Shown here in pieces: positions 45,979-56,009 of a DNA stretch of 64,000 nt. The position numbers and the translations under genes are program-made. The first letter of the stretch is position 1, and each line of letters begins with the position of its first letter. Source of the DNA: Gemmatimonadota bacterium (GTDB lineage: Bacteria; Gemmatimonadota; Gemmatimonadetes; Gemmatimonadales; GWC2-71-9); contig QHUU01000059.1 in assembly GCA_003222155.1 (NCBI GenBank), forward strand, positions 77,578 through 141,577, written 5' to 3'. The notes below the pieces were generated by a model. That model saw nothing but the letters and a program-made list of their open reading frames with translations. It did not search any database and was not told where the DNA came from.

Positions 45979-46458
45979 ATGCGCCCTGCTGGCCTCGCTT
46001 TCAGCTTCTCGATCTCTTTGTTGCTCTCGGTAGCGCCCGCGGTTCACGCCCAAGCTGCCCCGGCGGAAAAGCCGGCAGCGCTGAAGTGGGGCCCGGCCCC
46101 GGCCGTATTTCCCCAGGGCGCACGCATGGCCGTGGTGAGCGGCGATCCCACCAAGGCGGCGCTGTTTACCGCCGAGCTGGCGATGCCGAGCGGCTACAAG
46201 ATCCCGCCGCACTTCCATCCCACCGACGAGGTCGTCGAAGTCAAAAAGGGCACGCTGCTCGTCGGTATGGGTAACAAGTTCGACGCCTCCAAGACGCAGG
46301 CGATGAAGCCCGGCGACAAGGCAACGGTGTCGGCGAAGGCACACCACTTCGCCGCGGCGCAAGGCGCCACCTTCATCGAGGTGACTGCCATGGGTCCGTT
46401 CGGGATGACCTACGTCAATCCGGCGGACAATCCCCAGAAGCAGGCCGCCAAGCCCTAG
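45979..46458 (+). CDS. secreted cupin-domain protein
   Basis: 159 aa. It has the signal peptide MRPAGLAFSFSISLLLSVAPAVHAQA and the cupin motifs PPHFHPTDEVVEV and HHF. Confidence 0.7.
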   Translation: MRPAGLAFSFSISLLLSVAPAVHAQAAPAEKPAALKWGPAPAVFPQGARMAVVSGDPTKAALFTAELAMPSGYKIPPHFHPTDEVVEVKKGTLLVGMGNKFDASKTQAMKPGDKATVSAKAHHFAAAQGATFIEVTAMGPFGMTYVNPADNPQKQAAKP

Positions 46459-46459
46459 C

Positions 46460-47710
46460 TCACTCGTACCGCAGCGACTCCACCGGGTCCACCGCCGCCG
46501 CGCGCCGCGCCGGCAGGACGCCGGCGATGAGTCCCACGCCGATCAGGATCCCGACGCAGATGAGGGCGATCGGCCACGACAGCTTCGGGTTCAGGATGTA
46601 CTGCATCGCCGGGTTGTCCGCGGTCGGGATCGCGTCGACCCCGAGCACGATCAGCGCCGCGGTCGCGAGCCCCACCAGCCCGCCGGACACGGCGATCGTC
46701 AGGGCCTCGAACAGGAATTGCGCCATGATGTGCCGGCGGCGGGCCCCGAGCGCGAGCTTGATGCCGATCTCCTGAGTCCGCTCCTTCACCACGACGTACA
46801 TGATGTTCGCGACCCCGACCCCGGCGATGAGCAGGGTGAAGGCCCCGACGAGCCCCATGAAGATCTGGATGCCGAGCCCGACGGCGAGGGTTTCCTTTTC
46901 GCTTTCGATGAAGTCCCAAATGCCCAGCGCCCGCTCATCCTTGGGGTCGAAGCGGTACTTCCGCGCCAACACCCGGTAGAGCTCCGCTTTCACCAGCGGT
47001 CCCCGGGACGCATCGTGCGGCTGCACGATGAGATGGCTCACGAAGCGGTTGCCCCAGATGGTGCGAAAGGTCGAATACGGGATGACGGCGCGGTCGGCGT
47101 CCGGCCCGTTGTTGCTCGAGTCCTGGAACTTCTTCTGCAGCACGCCGACCACGGTGAAGGGCAAGCCGTCGACGACGACGCTCTTGCCGATCGGATCCAC
47201 GCCCTTGCCGAAAATCCGCTCCGCCAGCTCGTTGCCCAGGAACAGCACACGCCGCTTCTGCGCGACGTCGGCGGCGTTGATGAAGCGTCCGCCCTGTGCC
47301 GGCTCCATGTGTCGCATCGCCTCGTGATCGGGGCCGACGCCCTCGAGGTAGGCATTGGTGCGGGTCTTGCCGACCTGAAACGCGGTCCCCCACCGGCCGT
47401 ACGAGATGCTCCCGCGGTCGACGTCCGGGATCGCGCGCTTGAGGAGGTCGAGGTCTTCCTCCACGAGGCGGATGCGCCGGCCTTGCCCCAGGCCGGCGAA
47501 CGACTTGCTGGTCTCACCGCCGTAGATCATGAAGATCCGTTCGCCGGCGCCGAGCAGGCCGTCCCGGACGGTGCGCTTCAGTCCCTCACCGAACGCGAGC
47601 AGCAAGACGACCGCGAGCGTTCCCCAGGTGACCGCAAAGAAGGTGAGAAAGGCCCGCGTGCGCTGCGCCTTCAGATCGCCGATGAATTCCTGGAGCAGGA
47701 TGGTGAACAT
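46460..47710 (-). CDS. ABC-transporter permease, MacB/FtsX family
   Basis: 416 aa. It has an N-terminal TM segment, a large periplasmic MacB_PCD-like domain, and the C-terminal FtsX 3-TM block (IGIKLALGARRRHI). Confidence 0.85.
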   Translation of the reverse strand: MFTILLQEFIGDLKAQRTRAFLTFFAVTWGTLAVVLLLAFGEGLKRTVRDGLLGAGERIFMIYGGETSKSFAGLGQGRRIRLVEEDLDLLKRAIPDVDRGSISYGRWGTAFQVGKTRTNAYLEGVGPDHEAMRHMEPAQGGRFINAADVAQKRRVLFLGNELAERIFGKGVDPIGKSVVVDGLPFTVVGVLQKKFQDSSNNGPDADRAVIPYSTFRTIWGNRFVSHLIVQPHDASRGPLVKAELYRVLARKYRFDPKDERALGIWDFIESEKETLAVGLGIQIFMGLVGAFTLLIAGVGVANIMYVVVKERTQEIGIKLALGARRRHIMAQFLFEALTIAVSGGLVGLATAALIVLGVDAIPTADNPAMQYILNPKLSWPIALICVGILIGVGLIAGVLPARRAAAVDPVESLRYE

Positions 47711-47713
47711 GAC

Positions 47714-48931
47714 TCAGGTTCGCAGCGCTTCCACCGGGTCGAGCGCAGCGGCGCGCCTGGCCGGCATCAGGCCTGCGGCAAAGGCAACCGCCGCGAGCAG
47801 CGCGAGGGTCGCCGTAAGCACCTGTGGTGAGATGGTCGGGACGCCGACGAATTCTTTAATGGGCAAGCCGCCCAGAGCGGCAACGAGCCCGAGCGAGAGC
47901 AGCAGCCCGAGCGTGGCCCCCATCGCCACGATCATCAGGGCCTCGGCGAAGAACTGGCGCATGATGTCGGTGCGGGTCGCACCCACGGCGCGCCGCACGC
48001 CGATCTCGCGGGTGCGCTCTTTGACCACGATGTACATGATGTTCGCCACCCCGATGCCCCCCACCAGCAGGGTGAAGCTCCCGACGATCGCGAAGAAAAT
48101 ATTGAAGGCGACGAACATCTTGCCGAACCGGGTCTCCCACTCGCTCGTGTCCCAGAAGGCCAGGGCGTCCTTGTCCTGCGCATCGAACTTGTACTTGCGC
48201 GCCATCGTCTCGTACACGCGACGCTCGGCCTGCTTGGTGATCTCCGACGTCCGCGCGCGGTAGACGATGTTGTTCAGGAACCGGTTGCCGAACAGCGCAT
48301 AGTGCGTGGTCGCCGGAATGAAGATCCGGTCCTTGTCACGCTCCTCGTAGGAGGAATTCTGCAGCTTGGGGCGCATCACCCCCACGACGGTGAATGGTGC
48401 GTCACCCAGGAACACCTGCTGTCCCACGCCGGCTTCGTCACCAAACAGGAGCTTGGCGAGCTCGTCGCCCAACACGGCCACCCGCCTCCGCTCGGCGATA
48501 TCGCGATCGTTGACGAAGCGGCCGCCCGCCTCGGGGATGATGTTGCGCATCTGGCCGTATACGGGAAGAATGCCCGTGATGGCCGGTGTGGCGGCCTTGA
48601 CGCCACGCCGCGCCCGCGCGCTATGCGTGATGAACTCGGGGCTGATGTACTCGATCTCCGCGACCTCGCGTGCCAGGAGCGGCACGTCGTCCCAGCGCAG
48701 GCGGATCGGGCGGCCATCGCCGAAGCCGGCGAACGCCTTCGTGGTCCGTCCGCCCCACAGTATCACGATCCGGTCCCCCAAACCGTGAAACCGCTTCTTG
48801 GTTTGCCGCTCCAGGCCGACACCGAACGCCAGTAGCACCACCACGGCGACGGTGCCCCAGGCAATCCCCAGCACGGTGAGGGAGGTGCGCAGTTTCTGCG
48901 CCCGGAGATCGGCGAAGAACTCGCGCCACAC
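47714..48931 (-). CDS. ABC-transporter permease, MacB/FtsX family (paralogue of the gene at 46460..47710)
   Basis: 405 aa with the same architecture. It carries the motif IGVRRAVGATRTDI. Confidence 0.85.
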   Translation of the reverse strand: MWREFFADLRAQKLRTSLTVLGIAWGTVAVVVLLAFGVGLERQTKKRFHGLGDRIVILWGGRTTKAFAGFGDGRPIRLRWDDVPLLAREVAEIEYISPEFITHSARARRGVKAATPAITGILPVYGQMRNIIPEAGGRFVNDRDIAERRRVAVLGDELAKLLFGDEAGVGQQVFLGDAPFTVVGVMRPKLQNSSYEERDKDRIFIPATTHYALFGNRFLNNIVYRARTSEITKQAERRVYETMARKYKFDAQDKDALAFWDTSEWETRFGKMFVAFNIFFAIVGSFTLLVGGIGVANIMYIVVKERTREIGVRRAVGATRTDIMRQFFAEALMIVAMGATLGLLLSLGLVAALGGLPIKEFVGVPTISPQVLTATLALLAAVAFAAGLMPARRAAALDPVEALRT

Positions 48932-48932
48932 G

Positions 48933-50027
48933 TCAGCTGATCTCGCGCGGGGCCGCCTCGATGATCGAGTCGGTCGCCTGCAGGCCCTCCAGCACCTCGA
49001 TATTGATGGCGTCGGAGAGGCCGGTCTTGATGCTTCGCTCTGCGGTCTTGCCGGGGCCGGTGCGGACGGTCACGAAGCTCGAGTCGTTGCGGTGCGTGAT
49101 GAGCCGCTCGGGGATGTAGAGCACGCTGTCGCGGCGAGAAATGATCACTTCCGCATTGGCCGAGTAGCCCGCGCGCAGCGTGGCCCCCGCCACTTCGGTC
49201 AGCACGATCTCGATCGGGAACACCGTCGCCTGCTCCTGCTTGTGCGCCTGGAGCCAGATCTTCTCGAGCCGGCCCTTCACGCTCGCGTTGGGCAGAGCGC
49301 CGATCTTGATCGTCGCCGGCATGCCCTCCTTGAGCCGACCCACATCGATCTCGTCCACGGTCCCCCGAAAGATCAAGTCGCGCATGGCCGCCATGCGCAT
49401 CAGCACGGTGCCGGCCTGGTACGGGGTCAGCGGCACCACCGGGTCACCGATTTCGATGGAGTCTTCGAGGATGTAGCCGTCGATGGGAGCGCGCACCACG
49501 GTCTCCACCTGCTTGCCCCCGGTGAGCACCTTGCCGCCTTCCTGCAACGCCAGCCGTTCCTGCGCGAGCGAGAGCTGGCTGCGCGACTCGTCCACCCGAC
49601 GCTGAGCGGCTTCCAAGTCGGAAGGGGAAATCAGGTTCCGGTTGCGCAGCTCCTGCTGACGAGCCAACTCGCGCTCCAGGTTCTTGAGCTCGATCTCGCG
49701 CAGCTCGACGTTGCGGCGCAGCTCCACCATTTCCAGGGGCGTCGGGTTGGGCGAGATCTCGAGCAGCGGCTGGCCGCGTTTGACGTAGTCGCCGACGCCG
49801 GCGAAGCGCCGCCGCACGACCCCGGCGAGGATGGATTTGACGCTGACTTCGACGCGCGGCTGGATGGTGCCGACGGCGAGCGCTTTGTCCACCAGGGATC
49901 CGCGGGCCACGGCCACCGCCTTCGATGCGTCTTTCTTCCTGCCCGCGAGCTTTCCGCTGGCGGCCATGGCGCCGAGCCCCAGGACGACGACCATGGTGGT
50001 CACGACGAACATCGTGCGGCGCTTCAT
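48933..50027 (-). CDS. efflux periplasmic adaptor (HlyD/MacA membrane-fusion protein family)
   Basis: 364 aa. It has an N-terminal anchor, a lipoyl-like motif, a coiled-coil hairpin (ELRRNVELREIELKNLERELARQQEL) and a beta-barrel C-terminus. Confidence 0.85.
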   Translation of the reverse strand: MKRRTMFVVTTMVVVLGLGAMAASGKLAGRKKDASKAVAVARGSLVDKALAVGTIQPRVEVSVKSILAGVVRRRFAGVGDYVKRGQPLLEISPNPTPLEMVELRRNVELREIELKNLERELARQQELRNRNLISPSDLEAAQRRVDESRSQLSLAQERLALQEGGKVLTGGKQVETVVRAPIDGYILEDSIEIGDPVVPLTPYQAGTVLMRMAAMRDLIFRGTVDEIDVGRLKEGMPATIKIGALPNASVKGRLEKIWLQAHKQEQATVFPIEIVLTEVAGATLRAGYSANAEVIISRRDSVLYIPERLITHRNDSSFVTVRTGPGKTAERSIKTGLSDAINIEVLEGLQATDSIIEAAPREIS

Positions 50028-50102
50028 CTTAGGACGGCTCCGCTCGGGTGCGCAGGACGGGGTGCGTGTTACGTACGGAGCGGGCTGCCGATTGGTTCCG
50101 GG

Positions 50103-52223
50103 CTAGTCCGCCGCCTGCTGCCGGGGCGGCTCCTCGTCGGCCAGCAGGCGAAACGATTTGACCGCGCCGGTGAGCTTGTCCGCCGCCTCGGCGAGCTGGT
50201 TGGCGGACGACGCGATCTCCTCGGTCGAGGCGCTCTGCTCCTCGCTCGACGCGGCGATCTCCTGCGCCGACGCCAGCAGGTTCTCCGTGCCCTCGGCGAC
50301 CGAGTTGAGGCGCGCCCCGATCTCCTCCACCAGGCGCCGCATCTCACCCGCCATGTTGGCGATCTCGCGGCTCCACACGTCGTTGGCCTCCGCTTCGGCC
50401 GCCACCGTCCCGAGCCCCTGAGCGGCCGTTTGGGCCGCCTCCCGCGCCACGCCCGCGCCCTGGGCGAGATGCGTCAGGCGATCGCGCGTCGCCTGCACCC
50501 GCCCCAGCACGCCGCGCACCGTGTCGGCGGTATCGGTCGCCGCCGCGGCGGCCACCGAGGCGAGCTTGCGTACCTCGTCCGCCACGACGGCGAAGCCGCG
50601 CCCCTGCGGTCCGGCGCGTGCCGCCTCGATGGCCGCGTTCAAGGCCAGCATGTTGGTCTGCGTCGCGACCGCCTTGGCCTGAGCGACGAACTTCTGGATG
50701 TCCGCCGAGGCGCGCGCCAGGGCCTCGGCCTCCGCGGCGCCGCGCTCCACCTCTTCCACGAGCTTCGCGAGCTGGGCGGTGCTCTGGTCCAGCACGTCCT
50801 TGTGCCGCTTGGCGACTGCGGCGACGGCGCTGTTGCGCCGCACCGAGTCGTCGGCGCCGGCCGCCAGAATCGTGGCGATCTGGAGGATCTTGGCGGCGTC
50901 GTCCGCCGCGGCGCGCACCAGCTGCGCCTGCTCCGCGGCGCGCTTGGTGAGGTCCTGGCACGTGGCCGACATCTCCTGGGTGGACGCGCTCATCTGCTCG
51001 GTCGACGCCGAGATCTCGGTGGCCATGGCCGCCGCTTCGTCCGCGGCGGTGCGGATGGCCCCCACCAGGCGGCGCAGCGCCACCACCATGGAGTGCACGG
51101 ACGAGAGCAGGTCGCCCACCTCCGCGGCCTCCGTACGATCGCCCACAACCGTGACGGACAAATCGCCGCCCGCCACCCGGCTCGCGATCGCCCCCGCCGC
51201 CTTCACCGGCTCCGTAACCCGGCGGTTGAGCCGCCGCCAGAACACGACCAGCAGCGTGAGCGCGGCGCCGAACAGCGCCACCGTCCAGAGCACGATGTTG
51301 GTCGCCGTGGTGCGCGCCACGGCGTACGCCGCTGTTTCCGGTTCGCGGAACACGACCCACCACTTCCCATCGGCCGTCGGCACCGTCACGACGAGATCGG
51401 CACTGCCTCCCCCCCCGGGCTCCGGCACGCGCGCCGTAGCGGGGTGCGACTGCCGCGGGATGTCCGCCGCCTGCGCCAGCGGGCGCAGCAGATCGGTCGA
51501 GTCCGGCGTGACGATGCGCCGGCCCTGCGCGTCGACCACCTCGAGCCGCACCCCGCCGGGGAGGTCGGCGGCGGCCAGGAGCTTCGACAGGCGATCCAGC
51601 GCGAACACGGCTTTGAGGACGCCCACCGGACGCGCCACCCGCGGCGCGCGGATGGCGATATCGTATTCGAGCGAGACCACCGCCGCCGACGAGTCGTACC
51701 GCGGTGGACCCTCGTACGCTCCCGTCTTCACGGCGCGCTGCCACCAGTCCTCGTCCGACTGAACGAAGTCCGAGGTGCGATCCGACGCGAGTACGTTGTA
51801 CCCGTGGCTCTCCGTGAAAAACACCTCGACGAAGTCGGAGTGCTGTCCGTAGCCGCGCAAGTAGGCGGCGAGATCCGGATCGCCGCCGAGCTCGCGCCGC
51901 TGGTTGAACGTCCGCTCCAGGGTCGGGATGTCGAGCTGCGGCAGGCGCTGGCGCACGGCGGCCTGCGACGCCTCGAGCGCGGCGCGCACCACGGCGGGGG
52001 AGCCCGCCAGCGCCTCCGCTTCGTGGTGGCGCTCGGTCAAATACAGCTCCACCAGCGAGGCGACGTGCGTCGCCAGGTCCTGGCCGCGGGCGTTCGCCTG
52101 CCGCTCGACGATCCGGCTGGCGCTGCGGCTCGAGAGGAGGGCGAACCCCGTCACCAGGACGAGGGCCACGGCCGCTCCCGTCACCAGGAAGCTTTGCCGG
52201 AGCTGCGGGGTGCGGCTGGACAT
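50103..52223 (-). CDS. methyl-accepting chemotaxis protein with a periplasmic Cache-like sensor and HAMP domain
   Basis: 706 aa. It has two TM segments, HAMP ([23 protein letters not shown]), and the conserved signalling hairpin [36 protein letters not shown]. Confidence 0.9.
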   Translation of the reverse strand: MSSRTPQLRQSFLVTGAAVALVLVTGFALLSSRSASRIVERQANARGQDLATHVASLVELYLTERHHEAEALAGSPAVVRAALEASQAAVRQRLPQLDIPTLERTFNQRRELGGDPDLAAYLRGYGQHSDFVEVFFTESHGYNVLASDRTSDFVQSDEDWWQRAVKTGAYEGPPRYDSSAAVVSLEYDIAIRAPRVARPVGVLKAVFALDRLSKLLAAADLPGGVRLEVVDAQGRRIVTPDSTDLLRPLAQAADIPRQSHPATARVPEPGGGGSADLVVTVPTADGKWWVVFREPETAAYAVARTTATNIVLWTVALFGAALTLLVVFWRRLNRRVTEPVKAAGAIASRVAGGDLSVTVVGDRTEAAEVGDLLSSVHSMVVALRRLVGAIRTAADEAAAMATEISASTEQMSASTQEMSATCQDLTKRAAEQAQLVRAAADDAAKILQIATILAAGADDSVRRNSAVAAVAKRHKDVLDQSTAQLAKLVEEVERGAAEAEALARASADIQKFVAQAKAVATQTNMLALNAAIEAARAGPQGRGFAVVADEVRKLASVAAAAATDTADTVRGVLGRVQATRDRLTHLAQGAGVAREAAQTAAQGLGTVAAEAEANDVWSREIANMAGEMRRLVEEIGARLNSVAEGTENLLASAQEIAASSEEQSASTEEIASSANQLAEAADKLTGAVKSFRLLADEEPPRQQAAD

Positions 52224-52291
52224 GATGCGGGTCGGAAGCGAAGCTACGCAGGGTTACCCGGTTGAGCAAGCCTGTTTAATTTCATGGACTT

Positions 52292-54730
52292 ATGACTCAG
52301 GTGCCGCCGTACGATCCGCAGCTGGTCGAGGCCAAGTGGCAAGAGCGCTGGGTGCGGGAGCATACCAACGAGCCCGACCTGGACCGCCCGCGCCGGCCGT
52401 TCTACAACCTCATGATGTTCCCCTATCCCTCGGCCGAAGGCCTGCACGTGGGGAACATGTTCGCGTTCACCGGCGCCGACATCTACGGGCGGTTCAAGCG
52501 GCTGCAGGGGTACGACGTATTCGAGCCGATCGGGTTCGACGCATTCGGCATCCACTCGGAGAACTACGCGCTCTCGGTGGGGATCAACCCGGCCCAGCTC
52601 ATCCCGAAGAACATCGAGACCTTCCGCCGCCAGCTGCGGCGGTTCGGCGGCATGTTCGACTGGCGGCACGAGCTCTCCACCACCGATCCCCGCTACTACA
52701 AGTGGACGCAGTGGGTTTTCCTGCAGCTGTTCGCCGCAGGGCTGGCGTTCCGCAAGCAGGCGGCGGTCAACTGGTGCCCCAAGGACATGAGCGTGATCGC
52801 CAATGAGCAGGTGATCAACGGCTACTGCGAGCGGCACCCCGACACCAAAGTCGAGCAGCGCTTCCTGGAGCAGTGGTTCTTCAACATCACCAAGTACGCC
52901 GAGCCGCTGCTCCAGAACCTGGACCGGCTCGACTGGTCCGACTCGACCCGTACGCTGCAGCGCAACTGGATCGGGCGCAGCGAGGGGGCCGAGCTGATTT
53001 TCGAGACTCCGGCCGGTGCCAGGATCCCCGTGTTCACCACCCGTCCCGACACCGTGTTCGGCGCGACCTACCTCGTGCTCGCTCCCGAGCATCCGCTCGT
53101 GGACCAGCTCACGGCCGACGAGCAGCGGCGCTCGCTGAACGCCTACCGGCGTGAGATGCAGGGGAAGGACCTCGTATCACGCCGGGTTGGCGACAAGACC
53201 AAGACCGGGGTGTTCCTCGGTTCCTACGCCCGTAATCCGGCCACGGGTGAGGCGATCCCCATCTGGATCGCGGACTACGTGCTCATGGAATACGGCACCG
53301 GGGCGATCATGGCGGTGCCGGCGCACGACACGCGCGACTTCGAGTTCGCCACCCAGTTCAAGCTGCCCATCCGCGAGGTCGTGCGCACCGGCGAGCCGCT
53401 CCCGAGCGTGACCGAAGACGGCGTGCTGGTCAATTCGGGTGAGTTCGACGGGCTGTCGTGTCGCGATGCTCAGCGCCGCATCGTCGCCTGGCTGAAGCAG
53501 AGGGGACTCGCCACCCCGCAGGTGCAGTACCGGCTGCACGACTGGTGCATTTCGCGCCAGCGGTACTGGGGACCGCCCATCCCCGTCATCTATTGCGACG
53601 GTTGCGGCCCAGTGGCGGTGCCGGAGCGAGACCTCCCCGTGGAGCTGCCGTTCATCCAGGACTTCCGCCCCGATGCGAGCGGGGTCTCCCCGCTCGCCCG
53701 CCACAAGGAGTGGTACTTCGTGAAGTGCCCGCGGTGCGGCTCCCAGGGCAGGCGCGAGACCGACGTTTCGGACACGTTTCTCGACTCGGCTTGGTATTTC
53801 CTGCGGTATCCGTCGACTGAATTCGACGACCGGCCGTGGGACCCGGCGCGCACGACGACGTGGCTGCCGGTGTCGAGCTACATCGGAGGAAACGAGCACG
53901 CCGTGCTCCACCTGCTCTATTCCCGCTTCATCACGATGGTGCTGCGCGAGCTCGGCAAGCTGCACTTCGACGAGCCGTTCCCCAAGCTCCGCGCGCACGG
54001 GCTGATCATCAAGGACGGCGCGAAGATGTCGAAGTCGCGCGGCAACGTGGTCATCCCGGACGCCTACATCCAGAAGTGGGGCGCCGATACGCTGCGCTTG
54101 TACCTGATGTTCCTGGGGCCGTTCCAGGAGGGCGGCGACTTCCGCGACACGAGCATCATCGGCGTCCGCCGCTTCCTCGACAAGCTGTGGGCGACGGCAC
54201 ACGAGGCGGCCCGTCTGACCCCGGGCGCAAGCCCGGGGTTCCCGGGGTCAGTGGGTTCAGGGTTGCCGCCGGCGGTCGAGCGCAAGCTCCATCAGACGAT
54301 CAAGAAGGTCACGGCCGACACGGAGCGGCTCGACTACAACACGGCCATCTCGGCGATGATGGAGTATCTCAACACCGTGCGCGACGAGCGCACCGCGGTG
54401 CGGGGAGCCATCGAACCCCTGGTCGTCATGGTGGCGCCGTACGCCCCGCACCTCGCCGAGGAGCTGTGGTCCCTCTTCGGACACCAGGGCTCGATCTTCA
54501 CGGCGGCATGGCCGGCGTTCGACGAGCGCCGCGCCGCGGCGGGAGACGTGGAAGTGGTGGTGCAGGTGAACGGCAAGGTGCGGGGGCGGGTGACGGTGGG
54601 CCGCGGCGCGAGCGAGGCGGAGGTCGTCGCCCTGGCGATGAAGGACGAGTCCGTCCGCAAGTTCGTGGACGGGAAACCGGTGCGAAAGACGGTCTACGTG
54701 CAAGACCGCCTGCTCAACCTCGTGGTTTAG
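52292..54730 (+). CDS. leuS: leucine--tRNA ligase
   Basis: 812 aa. It has the HIGH-type motif (PYPSAEGLHVGN) and the KMSKS motif (GAKMSKSRGN), and a size typical of bacterial LeuRS. Confidence 0.97.
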   Translation: MTQVPPYDPQLVEAKWQERWVREHTNEPDLDRPRRPFYNLMMFPYPSAEGLHVGNMFAFTGADIYGRFKRLQGYDVFEPIGFDAFGIHSENYALSVGINPAQLIPKNIETFRRQLRRFGGMFDWRHELSTTDPRYYKWTQWVFLQLFAAGLAFRKQAAVNWCPKDMSVIANEQVINGYCERHPDTKVEQRFLEQWFFNITKYAEPLLQNLDRLDWSDSTRTLQRNWIGRSEGAELIFETPAGARIPVFTTRPDTVFGATYLVLAPEHPLVDQLTADEQRRSLNAYRREMQGKDLVSRRVGDKTKTGVFLGSYARNPATGEAIPIWIADYVLMEYGTGAIMAVPAHDTRDFEFATQFKLPIREVVRTGEPLPSVTEDGVLVNSGEFDGLSCRDAQRRIVAWLKQRGLATPQVQYRLHDWCISRQRYWGPPIPVIYCDGCGPVAVPERDLPVELPFIQDFRPDASGVSPLARHKEWYFVKCPRCGSQGRRETDVSDTFLDSAWYFLRYPSTEFDDRPWDPARTTTWLPVSSYIGGNEHAVLHLLYSRFITMVLRELGKLHFDEPFPKLRAHGLIIKDGAKMSKSRGNVVIPDAYIQKWGADTLRLYLMFLGPFQEGGDFRDTSIIGVRRFLDKLWATAHEAARLTPGASPGFPGSVGSGLPPAVERKLHQTIKKVTADTERLDYNTAISAMMEYLNTVRDERTAVRGAIEPLVVMVAPYAPHLAEELWSLFGHQGSIFTAAWPAFDERRAAAGDVEVVVQVNGKVRGRVTVGRGASEAEVVALAMKDESVRKFVDGKPVRKTVYVQDRLLNLVV

Positions 54731-55839
54731 AACACTTGCGCGATCACGTCGCCGACGACGTACCCGACGGCGGCCACGCCCAGTCCCACCACGAACATAT
54801 CGATCCCGCTGCGGATCACACCGCGGCCCGTGAAAAAGCTGCGGGCCGCTCCGACCGCGAAGTGGGAGAGCATGGCGATGGCGAACGCGGTCCAGGCGGC
54901 CGCCCGCCCGCTCAGCACGAGGAACGGCGCCACGGGAATGAGCGCCCCGACCGCCGTGGACGCCCCCGTGACCCATCCTTCCTTGAACGGGGTCGAGTGC
55001 GCCACGCCGATCTTCAGCTCCTCACGCACCTGCTCGTCCAGCGCCCGCTGCGAGTCGCGCATCACCTCGGCGGCCATCTGGCGGGCGATCCCAGCCTCGA
55101 TGCCCTTGGTCTGATAGACCAGGGCGAGCTCCTCTTCCTCCACCTCGGGCATGATCCGGATCTCTTCCTTCTCCATGGCGATCTCGTGGGCGTACACCTC
55201 CTGCTCGCTCTTCGCCGCGAGGTAGCCCGAGGCGCCCATCGACAGCGCGTCCGCGAACATCCCCGCGAGCCCCGAGAGCAGGACGATGTGCGGCGCGACG
55301 GAGGCGCCGATCACGCCCGCCACGAGTCCGAAATTCGCCGTGAGCCCGTCGTTGAACCCGTACACCACGTTGCGCAGGAACCCGCCCGACCCCGTGTTGT
55401 GCCAGGGCTCCGCCGCCCGGCCGGCGAGACCAGCCAGCGTCTCGGCGTGCGCCGCCGATTCCTTGGCGAGCTTGAGAGAGACCTCGCGCGCGTCGTCGAA
55501 GCGCGCCTGCTTGTGGAGGTCCATGTAGCCCTTCACCTCTTGTCCCTCCTCCCGCAGCAGGAGCGGCAGCAGGTACCCGGTCCCGAAGCGACGTCCGAAC
55601 CAGGCGCGCAGGCGCGCGTTCACCGAAGGCCGCGGGCGGCCGACCGGATGGCCATGCTCGGCGAGCAGCTCCTCCCACATCTGCACATGCCGCTCTTCCA
55701 CGCCGGCCAACTTGATGTAGACGTCCTTGCGCTTCTGGTCCGGCTCCTGGCCGGCGAGCACCAGGTACAGGTAGGCGGCGTCGTATTCGTCCTGCCAGTG
55801 GTGCAGCCACACGTGCAGCGTTTCGCGGTCGAGGGGCAT
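54727..55839 (-). CDS. VIT1/CCC1-family iron/manganese transporter with an N-terminal ferritin-like domain
   Basis: ORF 54727..55890. The preferred start is ATG 55839, because the codons upstream of it are AT-rich and atypical. Motifs: FNDGLTANFGLVAGV, plus a C-terminal TM block. Confidence 0.85.
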   Translation of the reverse strand: MPLDRETLHVWLHHWQDEYDAAYLYLVLAGQEPDQKRKDVYIKLAGVEERHVQMWEELLAEHGHPVGRPRPSVNARLRAWFGRRFGTGYLLPLLLREEGQEVKGYMDLHKQARFDDAREVSLKLAKESAAHAETLAGLAGRAAEPWHNTGSGGFLRNVVYGFNDGLTANFGLVAGVIGASVAPHIVLLSGLAGMFADALSMGASGYLAAKSEQEVYAHEIAMEKEEIRIMPEVEEEELALVYQTKGIEAGIARQMAAEVMRDSQRALDEQVREELKIGVAHSTPFKEGWVTGASTAVGALIPVAPFLVLSGRAAAWTAFAIAMLSHFAVGAARSFFTGRGVIRSGIDMFVVGLGVAAVGYVVGDVIAQVF

Positions 55840-55844
55840 GCTGC

Positions 55845-55872
55845 AAAATAGCTGCAACTCGCCTAATAGCAA
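55845..55872 (-). promoter_or_regulatory. candidate sigma-70 promoter giving a leaderless VIT1 transcript
   Basis: The minus strand reads TTGCTA-16 nt-TATTTT. The -10 element ends 5 nt before the ATG at 55839. Confidence 0.3.
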
Positions 55873-55877
55873 TTGGT

Positions 55878-55991
55878 TAGACGACGTCACGCGACGACGT
55901 CAAGCGACACCGTAGCACGAAGACGTAGTACAACGACGTCGCGCGACGTCTTTGCTTGACGCCTTCGCGCGACGTCTTTCGTACTTGACGC
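55878..55991. repeat. cluster of five GACGTC palindromes with nested direct repeats in a divergent promoter region
   Basis: GACGTC occurs at 55883, 55896, 55935, 55945 and 55971. Direct repeats are gacgacgtca x2 and tcgcgcgacgtcttt(N3-6)cttgacgc x2 (55939-55962 and 55965-55991). Confidence 0.7.
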
Positions 55992-56009
55992 ATCTATTGT
56001 TTTCAGGAG

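Noticed and set aside
48798-52265. 1155-aa plus-strand ORF, and the 641-aa minus-strand ORF at 50344..52269
   Set aside because: Both overlap the adaptor and MCP genes in other frames or on the other strand. Both are Arg/Gly/Pro-rich shadow ORFs.
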